Shown here: positions 28,846-37,063 of the stretch, in pieces | Position numbering within the stretch: position 1 is the stretch's first letter | How the letters are laid out: each line of letters begins with the position of its first letter | DNA from: Acidobacteriota bacterium | Lineage (GTDB): Bacteria > Acidobacteriota > Terriglobia > Terriglobales > SCQP01 | Direction of reading: 5' to 3' | DNA length: 64,000 nt | Assembly (NCBI GenBank): GCA_004299485.1 | Contig: SCQP01000008.1 | Coordinates: 132,341 to 196,340, forward strand | Notes under the pieces: generated by a model | Database searches by the model: none | What the model was told of the DNA's origin: nothing | What the model saw: the letters and a program-made list of their open reading frames with translations, nothing else | Made by a program: the position numbers and the translations under genes

Positions 28846-31290
28846 CTATTCCTGGCGCAGGGCGCGGAGGGGGTCGGTGCGGGAGGCGCGGAGGGCCGGG
28901 ATCAGGCTGGCGAGGAGAGTGATGAGGGCCAGGAGGACTGCGGCGGCGATATAGCTGATGGGGTCGGCGGGGCTCATGCCATAGAGCAACGAGGTCATGA
29001 AGTGAGTGGCGAGGGCGGCCAGAATGACGCCGGCCAGAATGCCCCAGGCGGCGAGGCGCAGGCCCTGGCTCACGACCAGGCGCAGGAGATTCGGGGCGTC
29101 GGCTCCCAGTGCCATGCGGATGCCGTATTCACGGGCGCGGCGGGCGACGGTCGAGGCCATGACGCCGTAGAGGCCGACGAGGGCGAGCAGCAGGGCGAGA
29201 ATGCCAAAGCCGCTGAGCAGGACGCCGGACATCTTCGCTGTGAACAGCGGTGACTGCATGAACTGAGCGCCGGTTTCGACGTTGCTGCTGAGCATCTGCG
29301 GGTCGGCGTTTTGCAGAACGCGGCGGACCGGAGTGAGAAACGCCTGCGGGTTGCCGGCGACGTGGATCATCATCGTGGCGGGCATAGCGATGGTGGTGAG
29401 GGGATAAAAGTACGGACGGGGAGATTCGTCGAGGGAATTGTATTTGCCGTCGGCGGCGACGCCAACGATGGTCATGGGCGTGCCGCCCTGGCCGTTGCGC
29501 AAGAGCGTGTGGCCGACGGCATCACCGTGCGGCCAGAACTGCTGCGCCAAGGTCTGGTTGATGACGACGAGTTGGCGGCCGGAGGCCAAGTCGGCATCGG
29601 TAAAGCCGCGGCCGCTGACCAACGGCGTGCCGGACGCCTTGAAGAAATCCGGCGAAACTTGGGTGTACTCGGAGCGGAAGCCTTGCGCATGCGGCGGCGG
29701 CGCCATGCCCTCGGGCAGCACGAAAGTATCGGACTCGCCGACTTGCAGCGGCGGCTGCGTGGTGTAGCCGGCCGCGCTGACGCCGGGGACGGCGCTGACG
29801 CCAGCGCGCAGGTTTTTCAGAAACGTCTCCGCATCCTTTCCGGTGTGGCCGAGGGACTGCGGGTTAAGGGTGGTGACGACGATCAGGTGCTGGGTGTCGA
29901 AGCCAGGATTGATGGCGCGGGCACGGGCGAGCGAGCGCAGGCAAAGAGCCGCGCCCACCAGCACCATCATGCAGAGGGCGATCTGGGCCATGATGAAGCC
30001 GCTGCGGGTGCGGGAGCGAACGGCGCCGGAGCCGGGCGTGCCGTCTTTGATGTAATCGAGAATGCGCACACGCGCGGCTTGCAGTGCCGGCAGCAGGCCG
30101 AAGAGGATGCCTACCGCGAGAGCCAGGGCAAAAGTGAACCAAACGACGGTACTGCTCAGTGCTGGAGGCGCGGCAATGGGCGTATCGGCGGGTACGAGAT
30201 GCAGCAACAGTGGGTGCAAGCCTGCGGCGATCACCAGCGCGAGGCCGCCGGCGATGACGGCCAGCACCACGCTGTGGATCAGGCCCTGGCGGATGAGACG
30301 GCCGCGGCCGGCGCCCAGGGCGGCGCGCAAAGCCCACTCACGCTGGCGGCCGAGAGCTTGCGCCAGGAGCACGAGGGCGGCATTGGCGCAAGCAATGAGG
30401 AGGACGAGGCCGACGACAATTTCCAGCAGCAGAATGCCGCCGGTGGCGAAGCCGCGGAAGGGCAGCGGCACGGAGCCGAGAGGCGCGGCGAGACCGCCGA
30501 AGGTGGGCAGCTCGCCATTGGGGTATTCGCGGTCGAGGTGGTGCTGTACGGCATCAAGCTGGGCACTGGCGGCGGCGACGGTGACGCCAGGCTTGAGGCG
30601 GCCGACGGCGAACAGGCTGCGGTTGCCACGGCTTTCTAGAATCCCGGGCAAGCCCAGACGGTCGGACATGGTGACCGGCGCCCAGAAATTGCACTCGACA
30701 GCATGGAAGAGACCCTGGAAACCACGTGGGGCAACGCCAATAACCACGAAGGGCATGCCGTTCAGCGAAACCGTGCGGCCGAGTACGCTGCCGTCGCCAC
30801 CGAATTGCCGCTGCCAGGTGGCCCAGGAGAGCACGACCACGGGGCTGGATCCCTTGACGGCGGCTTCGTTTGGCAAAAACCAGCGGCCGAGAGCCGGGTG
30901 CAGACCGAGGACGTCGAAGTAATTACCCGAGACCAACTGGCCGGTCCAGGGCATGGGCGAAGCGCCGGGCGAAGGAATGACGTTGGGTTGGCTGACGGGA
31001 TTGTAGATAAGCAGGCCGGAGAGGCTGGTGGCTTGCTTTTCGTAGGCGAGATAGTCGAGGTAGCTGAGCGGGTAGTCGCCATTCAGCGCCGCGCGCGGCG
31101 AGGGATCGTGGGTGTAAACCTCGACCAGACGGTCGGGACTGGCGACGGCTGGTTTTTGCAGCAGCAGGCCGTTGGCGACGCTGAATATGGTGGCGTTGAC
31201 GCCGAGGCCCAGGGCGAGGGAGAGCACGGCGATGAGCGACAGCCAGGGGCTTTTGGCGATCAGACGAAGGGCATAGCGAAGATCACGCAT
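28846..31290 (-). CDS. ADOP-family duplicated FtsX/MacB-type permease
   Basis: 814 aa. It has the canonical MRDLRYALRLIAKSPWLSLIAVLSLALGLGVNATIF opening and two FtsX-like halves. Confidence 0.88.
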   Translation of the reverse strand: MRDLRYALRLIAKSPWLSLIAVLSLALGLGVNATIFSVANGLLLQKPAVASPDRLVEVYTHDPSPRAALNGDYPLSYLDYLAYEKQATSLSGLLIYNPVSQPNVIPSPGASPMPWTGQLVSGNYFDVLGLHPALGRWFLPNEAAVKGSSPVVVLSWATWQRQFGGDGSVLGRTVSLNGMPFVVIGVAPRGFQGLFHAVECNFWAPVTMSDRLGLPGILESRGNRSLFAVGRLKPGVTVAAASAQLDAVQHHLDREYPNGELPTFGGLAAPLGSVPLPFRGFATGGILLLEIVVGLVLLIACANAALVLLAQALGRQREWALRAALGAGRGRLIRQGLIHSVVLAVIAGGLALVIAAGLHPLLLHLVPADTPIAAPPALSSTVVWFTFALALAVGILFGLLPALQAARVRILDYIKDGTPGSGAVRSRTRSGFIMAQIALCMMVLVGAALCLRSLARARAINPGFDTQHLIVVTTLNPQSLGHTGKDAETFLKNLRAGVSAVPGVSAAGYTTQPPLQVGESDTFVLPEGMAPPPHAQGFRSEYTQVSPDFFKASGTPLVSGRGFTDADLASGRQLVVINQTLAQQFWPHGDAVGHTLLRNGQGGTPMTIVGVAADGKYNSLDESPRPYFYPLTTIAMPATMMIHVAGNPQAFLTPVRRVLQNADPQMLSSNVETGAQFMQSPLFTAKMSGVLLSGFGILALLLALVGLYGVMASTVARRAREYGIRMALGADAPNLLRLVVSQGLRLAAWGILAGVILAALATHFMTSLLYGMSPADPISYIAAAVLLALITLLASLIPALRASRTDPLRALRQE

Positions 31291-31296
31291 ATCCGA

Positions 31297-33744
31297 TTAC
31301 TCCTGACGCAGCGCAGGCAGGGGGTCGACGCGGGCGGCGCGCAAAGCGGGGATGAGGCTGGCGAGGAGGGTCACGGCGATGAGGAGCGCCACCGCAGCGA
31401 AGTAGCTGACCGGATCGGCCGGGCTCATGCCGTAAAGGAGTGAGGAGAGATAACGGGTGAGGAGCGCAGCCAGAACGACTCCGGCAAGGGTACCCCAGAG
31501 GGCGAGGCGGAGGCCCTGGCCGAGCACAAGGCGCAGCAAATTTCCAGAGCCGGCGCCCAGGGCCATGCGAATGCCGTATTCGCGGGTGCGGCGCGTGACC
31601 GTCGTGGCCATGACGCCATAAAGACCGACAATGGCGAGCAGCAGCGCCAAGATGCCGAAACTGCCGAGGAGCACGCTTGTCATACGCGCCGTGTAGAGCG
31701 GCAGTTCCATAAAGGCAGCGCCGGTCTGGATATTGGCGCTGAGCAAGTTGGGATCGAGCAATTGCAACTGCTTGCGGATGGCCGGCAAAAAGCTGGCCGG
31801 CGAGCCGGCGACGTGGATCATGAGCGAGCCGGGGGTGGCGATGGGAGTGAGCTCATACAGGTACGGGCGGGGGGATTCGTTCAGGTTGTGGTACTTGCCG
31901 TTGGCAGCGACGCCAACAATGGTCGCGGGCGGATGCGTGCTGTCGCCGGGGAAGGTGAACTCGTGCCCAACGGCGCCGCCCTGCGGCCAGAAATGGCGCG
32001 CGAGATTTTCGTTGATCACGATGAGGTGACGGCCGGCGGCGAGGTCGGCTTCGGTGAAGCCGCGGCCCGCCAGCAGCGGCGTACCGCTGGCGCGGAAATA
32101 ATTGGGCGAGACGCTGGTGACCTCGACGCGATAACCTTCGCCGTGAGTGCCAGGGGATGCGCCGGGGGGCAGGACCATGGCATCGGATTCGCCGGTCTGG
32201 AGCGGCACTTCGACGATCCAGGCGGCCGCGGTGACGCCGGGCACGCGATCGACCGCCTGACGAACCTGAAGCAGGAATTGATGCGCTGCGGGACCGTTAT
32301 GGCCGAGCGACTGCGGGCTGACATCATGGACGAGGACCAGGTGCTGGGTGTCAAAGCCGGGATTGATGGCGCGGGCGCGGGCGAGCGAGCGCAGGCACAG
32401 CGCCGCGCCGACCAGCACCACGACGCAGAGCGCCATCTGGGCGATGATGAAGCCGCTGCGCAGGCGCGAGCGCACGCCGCCGGAGCCGGGCGTACCGTCT
32501 TTGATGTAGTCGAGGACACGCAGGCGCGTGGCTTGCAGGGCAGGAGCGAGTCCAAACAGAATGCCGGCCACGAGCGCCAGAGCGAACGTAAAGGCGATGA
32601 GCGAGGCGCTCAAACCCGTGGGCGGCGCCAGCGGAAAGCCCGAGGGCCGCAGGCGGATCAAGAGCGGCCAGAGCAACTCGGCAATGCCGAGACCGAGGCC
32701 GCCGGCGATGAGGGCGAGAAGGACGCTGTGCACCAGGCCTTGGCGGAGAAGGCGGCGGCGGCTGGCGCCCAGCGCGGCGCGCAGCGCCCACTCGCGCTGA
32801 CGGCCGAGCGCCTGCGCCAGCAGCACCAGCGCGGTGTTGGTGCACGCGATCAGCAGCACCAGGCCGACAACGACTTCGAGCAGCAGAACAATGGAACTGG
32901 CCGAGCCGCGGAAGGGCTTGGGAATCGCCTCCAAGGGCACGGCGAGTCCGCCGAACGTTGCTAGTTCAGCCTTGGGGTATTGCTGATCGAGCTGGTGCTG
33001 GATCATGTCCAGCTCGGTCGAGGCCGCGGCGAGGGTCACGCCGGGGTTGAGACGGCCGACGGCGAGCAGCGCGCGGTGGGCACGCTGTTCGATGACGCCA
33101 GGTTCGCCGAGATGATCGGACATGGTGACCGGCGCCCAGAAATTGCACTCGACGCCGCCAAACAGGCCATGAAAACTCTCCGGGGCGACGCCAATGACGC
33201 TGTAGGGAGCGCCGTTCATTTGAACCGTGCGGCCCAGGATGCCGGGCAAACCGCCGAACTGGGTTTTCCAGATGGCGAAGGAGAGCACGACGACGGGGCT
33301 GGCGTCATTCACTGTATCTTCGGCGGAGACGAACCAGCGGCCGAGGGCCGGGTGGAGACCGAGGACATGGAAGTAGCCGTCAGTCACAAGCTCACCGGTC
33401 CAGGGCTGGGTTGACGCGCCGGGCGCGGTGACCACATTGACCTGGTTGAGCGGGCTGTAGGCGAGCAAGCCGGAAAGGCTGTGAGCGCGATGGAGGAAGC
33501 TGAGGTAGTCGGGATAGCTGAGTGGATAGTCGCCATTGAGCGCGGCGCGGGGGTCGGGGTCGTGGGTGTAGATTTCGACCAGACGCGAGGGATTGGCCAC
33601 CGGCGGCTTCTGCAGCAGCAGACGGTTGGCGAAGGCGAAGATGGTGGTGTTGGCGCCCAGGCCCAGCGCCAGCGAGAGCACCGCAACCAGCGACAGCCAG
33701 GGGCTTTTCGCGATCAGACGCAACGCATAGCGCAGGTCTCGCAT
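31297..33744 (-). CDS. ADOP-family duplicated FtsX/MacB-type permease (tandem paralog)
   Basis: 815 aa. It has the same N-terminal 20 residues as its neighbour and lies 6 nt upstream of it. Confidence 0.88.
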   Translation of the reverse strand: MRDLRYALRLIAKSPWLSLVAVLSLALGLGANTTIFAFANRLLLQKPPVANPSRLVEIYTHDPDPRAALNGDYPLSYPDYLSFLHRAHSLSGLLAYSPLNQVNVVTAPGASTQPWTGELVTDGYFHVLGLHPALGRWFVSAEDTVNDASPVVVLSFAIWKTQFGGLPGILGRTVQMNGAPYSVIGVAPESFHGLFGGVECNFWAPVTMSDHLGEPGVIEQRAHRALLAVGRLNPGVTLAAASTELDMIQHQLDQQYPKAELATFGGLAVPLEAIPKPFRGSASSIVLLLEVVVGLVLLIACTNTALVLLAQALGRQREWALRAALGASRRRLLRQGLVHSVLLALIAGGLGLGIAELLWPLLIRLRPSGFPLAPPTGLSASLIAFTFALALVAGILFGLAPALQATRLRVLDYIKDGTPGSGGVRSRLRSGFIIAQMALCVVVLVGAALCLRSLARARAINPGFDTQHLVLVHDVSPQSLGHNGPAAHQFLLQVRQAVDRVPGVTAAAWIVEVPLQTGESDAMVLPPGASPGTHGEGYRVEVTSVSPNYFRASGTPLLAGRGFTEADLAAGRHLIVINENLARHFWPQGGAVGHEFTFPGDSTHPPATIVGVAANGKYHNLNESPRPYLYELTPIATPGSLMIHVAGSPASFLPAIRKQLQLLDPNLLSANIQTGAAFMELPLYTARMTSVLLGSFGILALLLAIVGLYGVMATTVTRRTREYGIRMALGAGSGNLLRLVLGQGLRLALWGTLAGVVLAALLTRYLSSLLYGMSPADPVSYFAAVALLIAVTLLASLIPALRAARVDPLPALRQE

Positions 33745-33858
33745 GGCTCCTCAATTTTCGCAAGCGCGGCTGGGTTGGGGCGCCGGGCCCCCAGCCCAGA
33801 GAGCGGGCGGCTTTGCGAGGCGCGCAGCGCCGAGTGAAGCCGGGTGCCCGCGATTGAG

Positions 33859-33890
33859 CAAAGACGCAACGCATAGTGCAAGTCCCGCAT
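33859..33890 (-). pseudogene. orphan 5' fragment of an ADOP permease gene
   Basis: The minus strand reads ATGCGGGACTTGCACTATGCGTTGCGTCTTTG (MRDLHYALRL..). This is nearly identical to the first ~30 nt of the two intact paralogs, but no gene body follows. Confidence 0.6.
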
Positions 33891-33955
33891 GTTACCCAAA
33901 TATACGCGCAGTTCATGGCGCGGTTCCGACCGTTCGCGCCGAAAATAGTGACAAA

Positions 33956-35014
33956 ATGCGGCTTTACAGGCACACTGTGTGGGATCAGGGCATGGTCAAG
34001 GCACGCCACAAACCGATCTCCCGGCGCCTGCGCGAGTGGGCGGCAATCTGGCATGGGGTACGCTCGACCGAGCACCCGGTGCAGGTGCATATGGTGCCGA
34101 TGCGGCGCTGCAACCTGGCATGCGGCTACTGCAACGAGTACGACGATCACTCGAAGCCGGTGCCGATTGAGGAGATGCGGCGCCGGGTGGACCATCTGGC
34201 GCGGCTGGGCACGAGCCTGGTGACGATCAGCGGCGGCGAACCGTTGCTGCACCCGGAGTTGGACGACATCATCGCCCGCATCCGCGAGCGGGGCATGCTG
34301 GCAGGCTGCATTACCAACGGCTATCTGCTGGTCAAGGAGCGCATTGAGCGGCTGAACCGGGCCGGGCTCGACTACCTGCAGATCTCGATCGACAACGTGC
34401 AGCCGGATGACGTGTCGGTCAAGAGTCTCAAGGTACTGGACAAGAAGCTGGCGCTGCTGGCGGAATATGCCCGGTTCAACGTGAACATTAATAGTGTGCT
34501 GGGATCAGGCGTGCGGCATCCGGAAGATGCGCTGACCATTGCGAAACGGGCGGTGGAATGCGGCTTTGCCACCACGGTGGGCATTATTCACGATGGGCAT
34601 GGACAGCTTCGGCCGCTCGCGGAGCAGGAAATGGCGATCTACGAGCAGGTACGGCGGCTGGGCAAGCGCGAGTTTTTCCGGCTGAACAAGTTTCAGGACA
34701 ACATCGCGCGCGGCAAACCGAACGACTGGAAGTGCCGCGCCGGCAGCCGTTATCTGTATATCTGCGAAAACGGGCTGGTGCATTACTGCTCGCAGCAGCG
34801 CGGCACGCCGGGCATCCCACTGGCCGAATACACCATCGAAGACATCCGCCGCGAGTACGGGCTGAAGAAAGCCTGCGCACCCTATTGCACCGTGGCCTGC
34901 GCGCATTACACCTCGATCATGGACTTCTGGCGGGATGAGCAGAAGGCCCCGGAGGCCATGAGGGCGCGGAGCGCGGAGGCGGCCGAGGGGGCGGAGTTGG
35001 TGCAGATCAAATGA
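33956..35014 (+). CDS. radical SAM protein with C-terminal Cys-rich auxiliary-cluster-like region
   Basis: CNLACGYCNEY (CxxxCxxC) followed by ISGGEPLL. The C-terminus carries CRAG..YICENG..YC and CAPYCTVACAH cysteines. The start is uncertain (33956 or 33992). Confidence 0.75.
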   Translation: MRLYRHTVWDQGMVKARHKPISRRLREWAAIWHGVRSTEHPVQVHMVPMRRCNLACGYCNEYDDHSKPVPIEEMRRRVDHLARLGTSLVTISGGEPLLHPELDDIIARIRERGMLAGCITNGYLLVKERIERLNRAGLDYLQISIDNVQPDDVSVKSLKVLDKKLALLAEYARFNVNINSVLGSGVRHPEDALTIAKRAVECGFATTVGIIHDGHGQLRPLAEQEMAIYEQVRRLGKREFFRLNKFQDNIARGKPNDWKCRAGSRYLYICENGLVHYCSQQRGTPGIPLAEYTIEDIRREYGLKKACAPYCTVACAHYTSIMDFWRDEQKAPEAMRARSAEAAEGAELVQIK

Positions 35015-35015
35015 A

Positions 35016-35048
35016 CAGTGGTCAGTGGTTAGTGGTTAGTGGTCAGTG
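35016..35048. repeat. heptanucleotide tandem repeat (YAGTGGT x4.5) overlapping the recJ start codon
   Basis: CAGTGGT CAGTGGT TAGTGGT TAGTGGT CAGTG, read directly. The last GTG (35046) is the recJ start in the track. Confidence 0.9.
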
Positions 35049-36716
35049 AAGACGAACTCTGCCGACAGGATTCAGGTGGCGCTGGGGGTGTCGCCTCTTT
35101 TGGCGCGGCTGCTGGCCGAGCGCGGGTGGAGTGAAATTGAAGCCGTTACGGAGTTTTTGTATCCGCGACTGGAGCATACTCATTCGCCTTGGCTGATGCT
35201 GGGGATGGAGCCAGCCGTTGCGCGGACTTTGCGGGCCATCGCCGCCGGCGAGAGCATACGGATTCTCGGGGACTATGACGTCGATGGGACGATTGCGACC
35301 GTCATTTTGCGGCAGGCGCTGAAGACACTGGGGGCCGAAGTTAGCTATGAGCTGCCGGAGCGTCTGGGCAATGGGTATGGGTTGCGGGCGGAAACGTTCG
35401 AGCGCGCGGCAGCGGATGGCGTAAAGCTGGCGATTACGGTCGATAACGGCATCCGCGAGCAGGAGGCGCTGGAGCGGGCGCAGGCGCTGGGCATCGACGT
35501 AATCATCACCGATCACCATTTGCCGCCACAAACATTGCCGACGGTGGTGGCGATTGTGAATCCGCATCAGGCGGGTTGCGAATATCCGGATAAGAATTTA
35601 TGCGGGTCGGGGGTGGCGTTCAAGCTGGCGCAGGCGCTGCTGGAGCGCAGCGGCAAGCTGGAGGGCACGTGGCCGGCGGGGCTGCGGTCATATTTGAAGC
35701 TGGTGGCGATCGCGACGGTGGCGGATGCAGTGCCGCTGCTGGGAGAAAACCGGGTGTTTGCGCGGTTTGGGTTGGAGGGGCTGGAGCGGCCGGTGAATCC
35801 CGGGCTGCGGGCGCTGCTGGGATTTGCGATGGCGAAGGGAAAAACGCGCGTCACCAGCCGGGATGTGGCGTTTGGGCTGGCGCCGCGGCTCAATGCCGCG
35901 GGCAGGATGGGCGCGGCGGATCGGGTGGTCGAGCTATTCTCTGCCCCGGCGGCGGAGGCGGGTGGGATTGCGCAGGCGCTGGAGGGGCTGAACCAGGAGC
36001 GGCAGCAGTGCTGCGCGCGGATGCTGGCGGAAATTGAAGCGCGGGGGCTGGGCGAGGAGCCCGGGGTGCAGGTCATTTCCGGCGAGGGTTGGCACCGGGG
36101 CGTGCTGGGGATTGTGGCCAACAAGGTGGTGGAGAGGACACAGCGGCCGGTGGTGATCGTGAGCCTCGAGGAGGGACGGGCACATGGGTCGGGACGGGCG
36201 CCGGACGGGATGCATTTGCTACAGGTCATCGAAGGCTGCGGAGATCTGTTTGACCGCTTTGGCGGACATGCGCAGGCGGTGGGGTTTTCAATGGACGCGG
36301 GCAAGCTGGAGGCGCTGCGGACCTACCTGGCGCAGGCGGAGATGCCTACGCCGGCTCGCAAAAACGCGGAGTATTTCGAGGTCCGGCTGAGCGAGTTGAC
36401 GCCGCCGATTTGCAAAGAACTGGCGCGCCTGCAGCCGTTCGGGGAAGGCAACCCCGAGCCCGTCCTGCGGGTGCGGGGCGCGCGGCTGGCGGAGGCGCCG
36501 CAAGTCCTGAAAGAGCGTCATTTGAAGCTGGTGGTCGAAGAGGATGGGGTGCGGCATACGGCGCTGCTGTGGAATTCGACCGATTGCGCACGGCTGGCGC
36601 CGGGAGTGGAACTGGAGCTGATCGGGCGGCTGGAGACGACGATGCACGAGCGCTTTGGGGAGCAGACCCGGCTGATGCTGCGTGAGTTTTTCGTGACCTC
36701 GGCAGCAGTTCTGTGA
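35046..36716 (+). CDS. recJ: single-stranded-DNA-specific exonuclease RecJ
   Basis: DHH motifs GDYDVDGT, DNGI and ITDHH, plus the DHHA1 region GGHAQAVG. Confidence 0.92.
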   Translation: MKTNSADRIQVALGVSPLLARLLAERGWSEIEAVTEFLYPRLEHTHSPWLMLGMEPAVARTLRAIAAGESIRILGDYDVDGTIATVILRQALKTLGAEVSYELPERLGNGYGLRAETFERAAADGVKLAITVDNGIREQEALERAQALGIDVIITDHHLPPQTLPTVVAIVNPHQAGCEYPDKNLCGSGVAFKLAQALLERSGKLEGTWPAGLRSYLKLVAIATVADAVPLLGENRVFARFGLEGLERPVNPGLRALLGFAMAKGKTRVTSRDVAFGLAPRLNAAGRMGAADRVVELFSAPAAEAGGIAQALEGLNQERQQCCARMLAEIEARGLGEEPGVQVISGEGWHRGVLGIVANKVVERTQRPVVIVSLEEGRAHGSGRAPDGMHLLQVIEGCGDLFDRFGGHAQAVGFSMDAGKLEALRTYLAQAEMPTPARKNAEYFEVRLSELTPPICKELARLQPFGEGNPEPVLRVRGARLAEAPQVLKERHLKLVVEEDGVRHTALLWNSTDCARLAPGVELELIGRLETTMHERFGEQTRLMLREFFVTSAAVL

Positions 36717-36754
36717 TAGCGTAAGCGCGTTGGTGTCTCGGGAGGGAAACGCGG

Positions 36755-37051
36755 ATGGAAGCTTTGGGAATGATTGAAACCAGAGGCCTGGTGGGTTCGA
36801 TTGAAGCCGCCGACGCCATGGTGAAGGCCGCCAACGTGGTCCTGCTGGGCAAGGAATATATCGGCGCCGGCTATGTGACGGTAATGGTGCGCGGCGACGT
36901 GGGCGCGGTCAAGGCGGCCACGGACGCGGGCGCGGCAGCGGCGCGGCGAGTGGGCGAACTGGTGAGCGTTCACGTGATTCCGCGGCCGCACAGCGAAGTC
37001 GAAAAGATTCTGCCGAACAAGGGCGTCATCCCCGCCGACAGCAAGAAGTAA
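36755..37051 (+). CDS. bacterial microcompartment shell protein, BMC-H (PduA/EutM-like)
   Basis: [79 protein letters not shown]. This is near-colinear with PduA as I remember it. Confidence 0.93.
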   Translation: MEALGMIETRGLVGSIEAADAMVKAANVVLLGKEYIGAGYVTVMVRGDVGAVKAATDAGAAAARRVGELVSVHVIPRPHSEVEKILPNKGVIPADSKK

Positions 37052-37063
37052 GGCGGAGCCGGC

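Noticed and set aside
35016-35048. CRISPR array, checked across all short repeats in the window
   Set aside because: The only tandem repeats have 4-, 7- and 8-nt units with no spacers. The dispersed repeats are kilobases apart and of unequal context. No cas genes are present.
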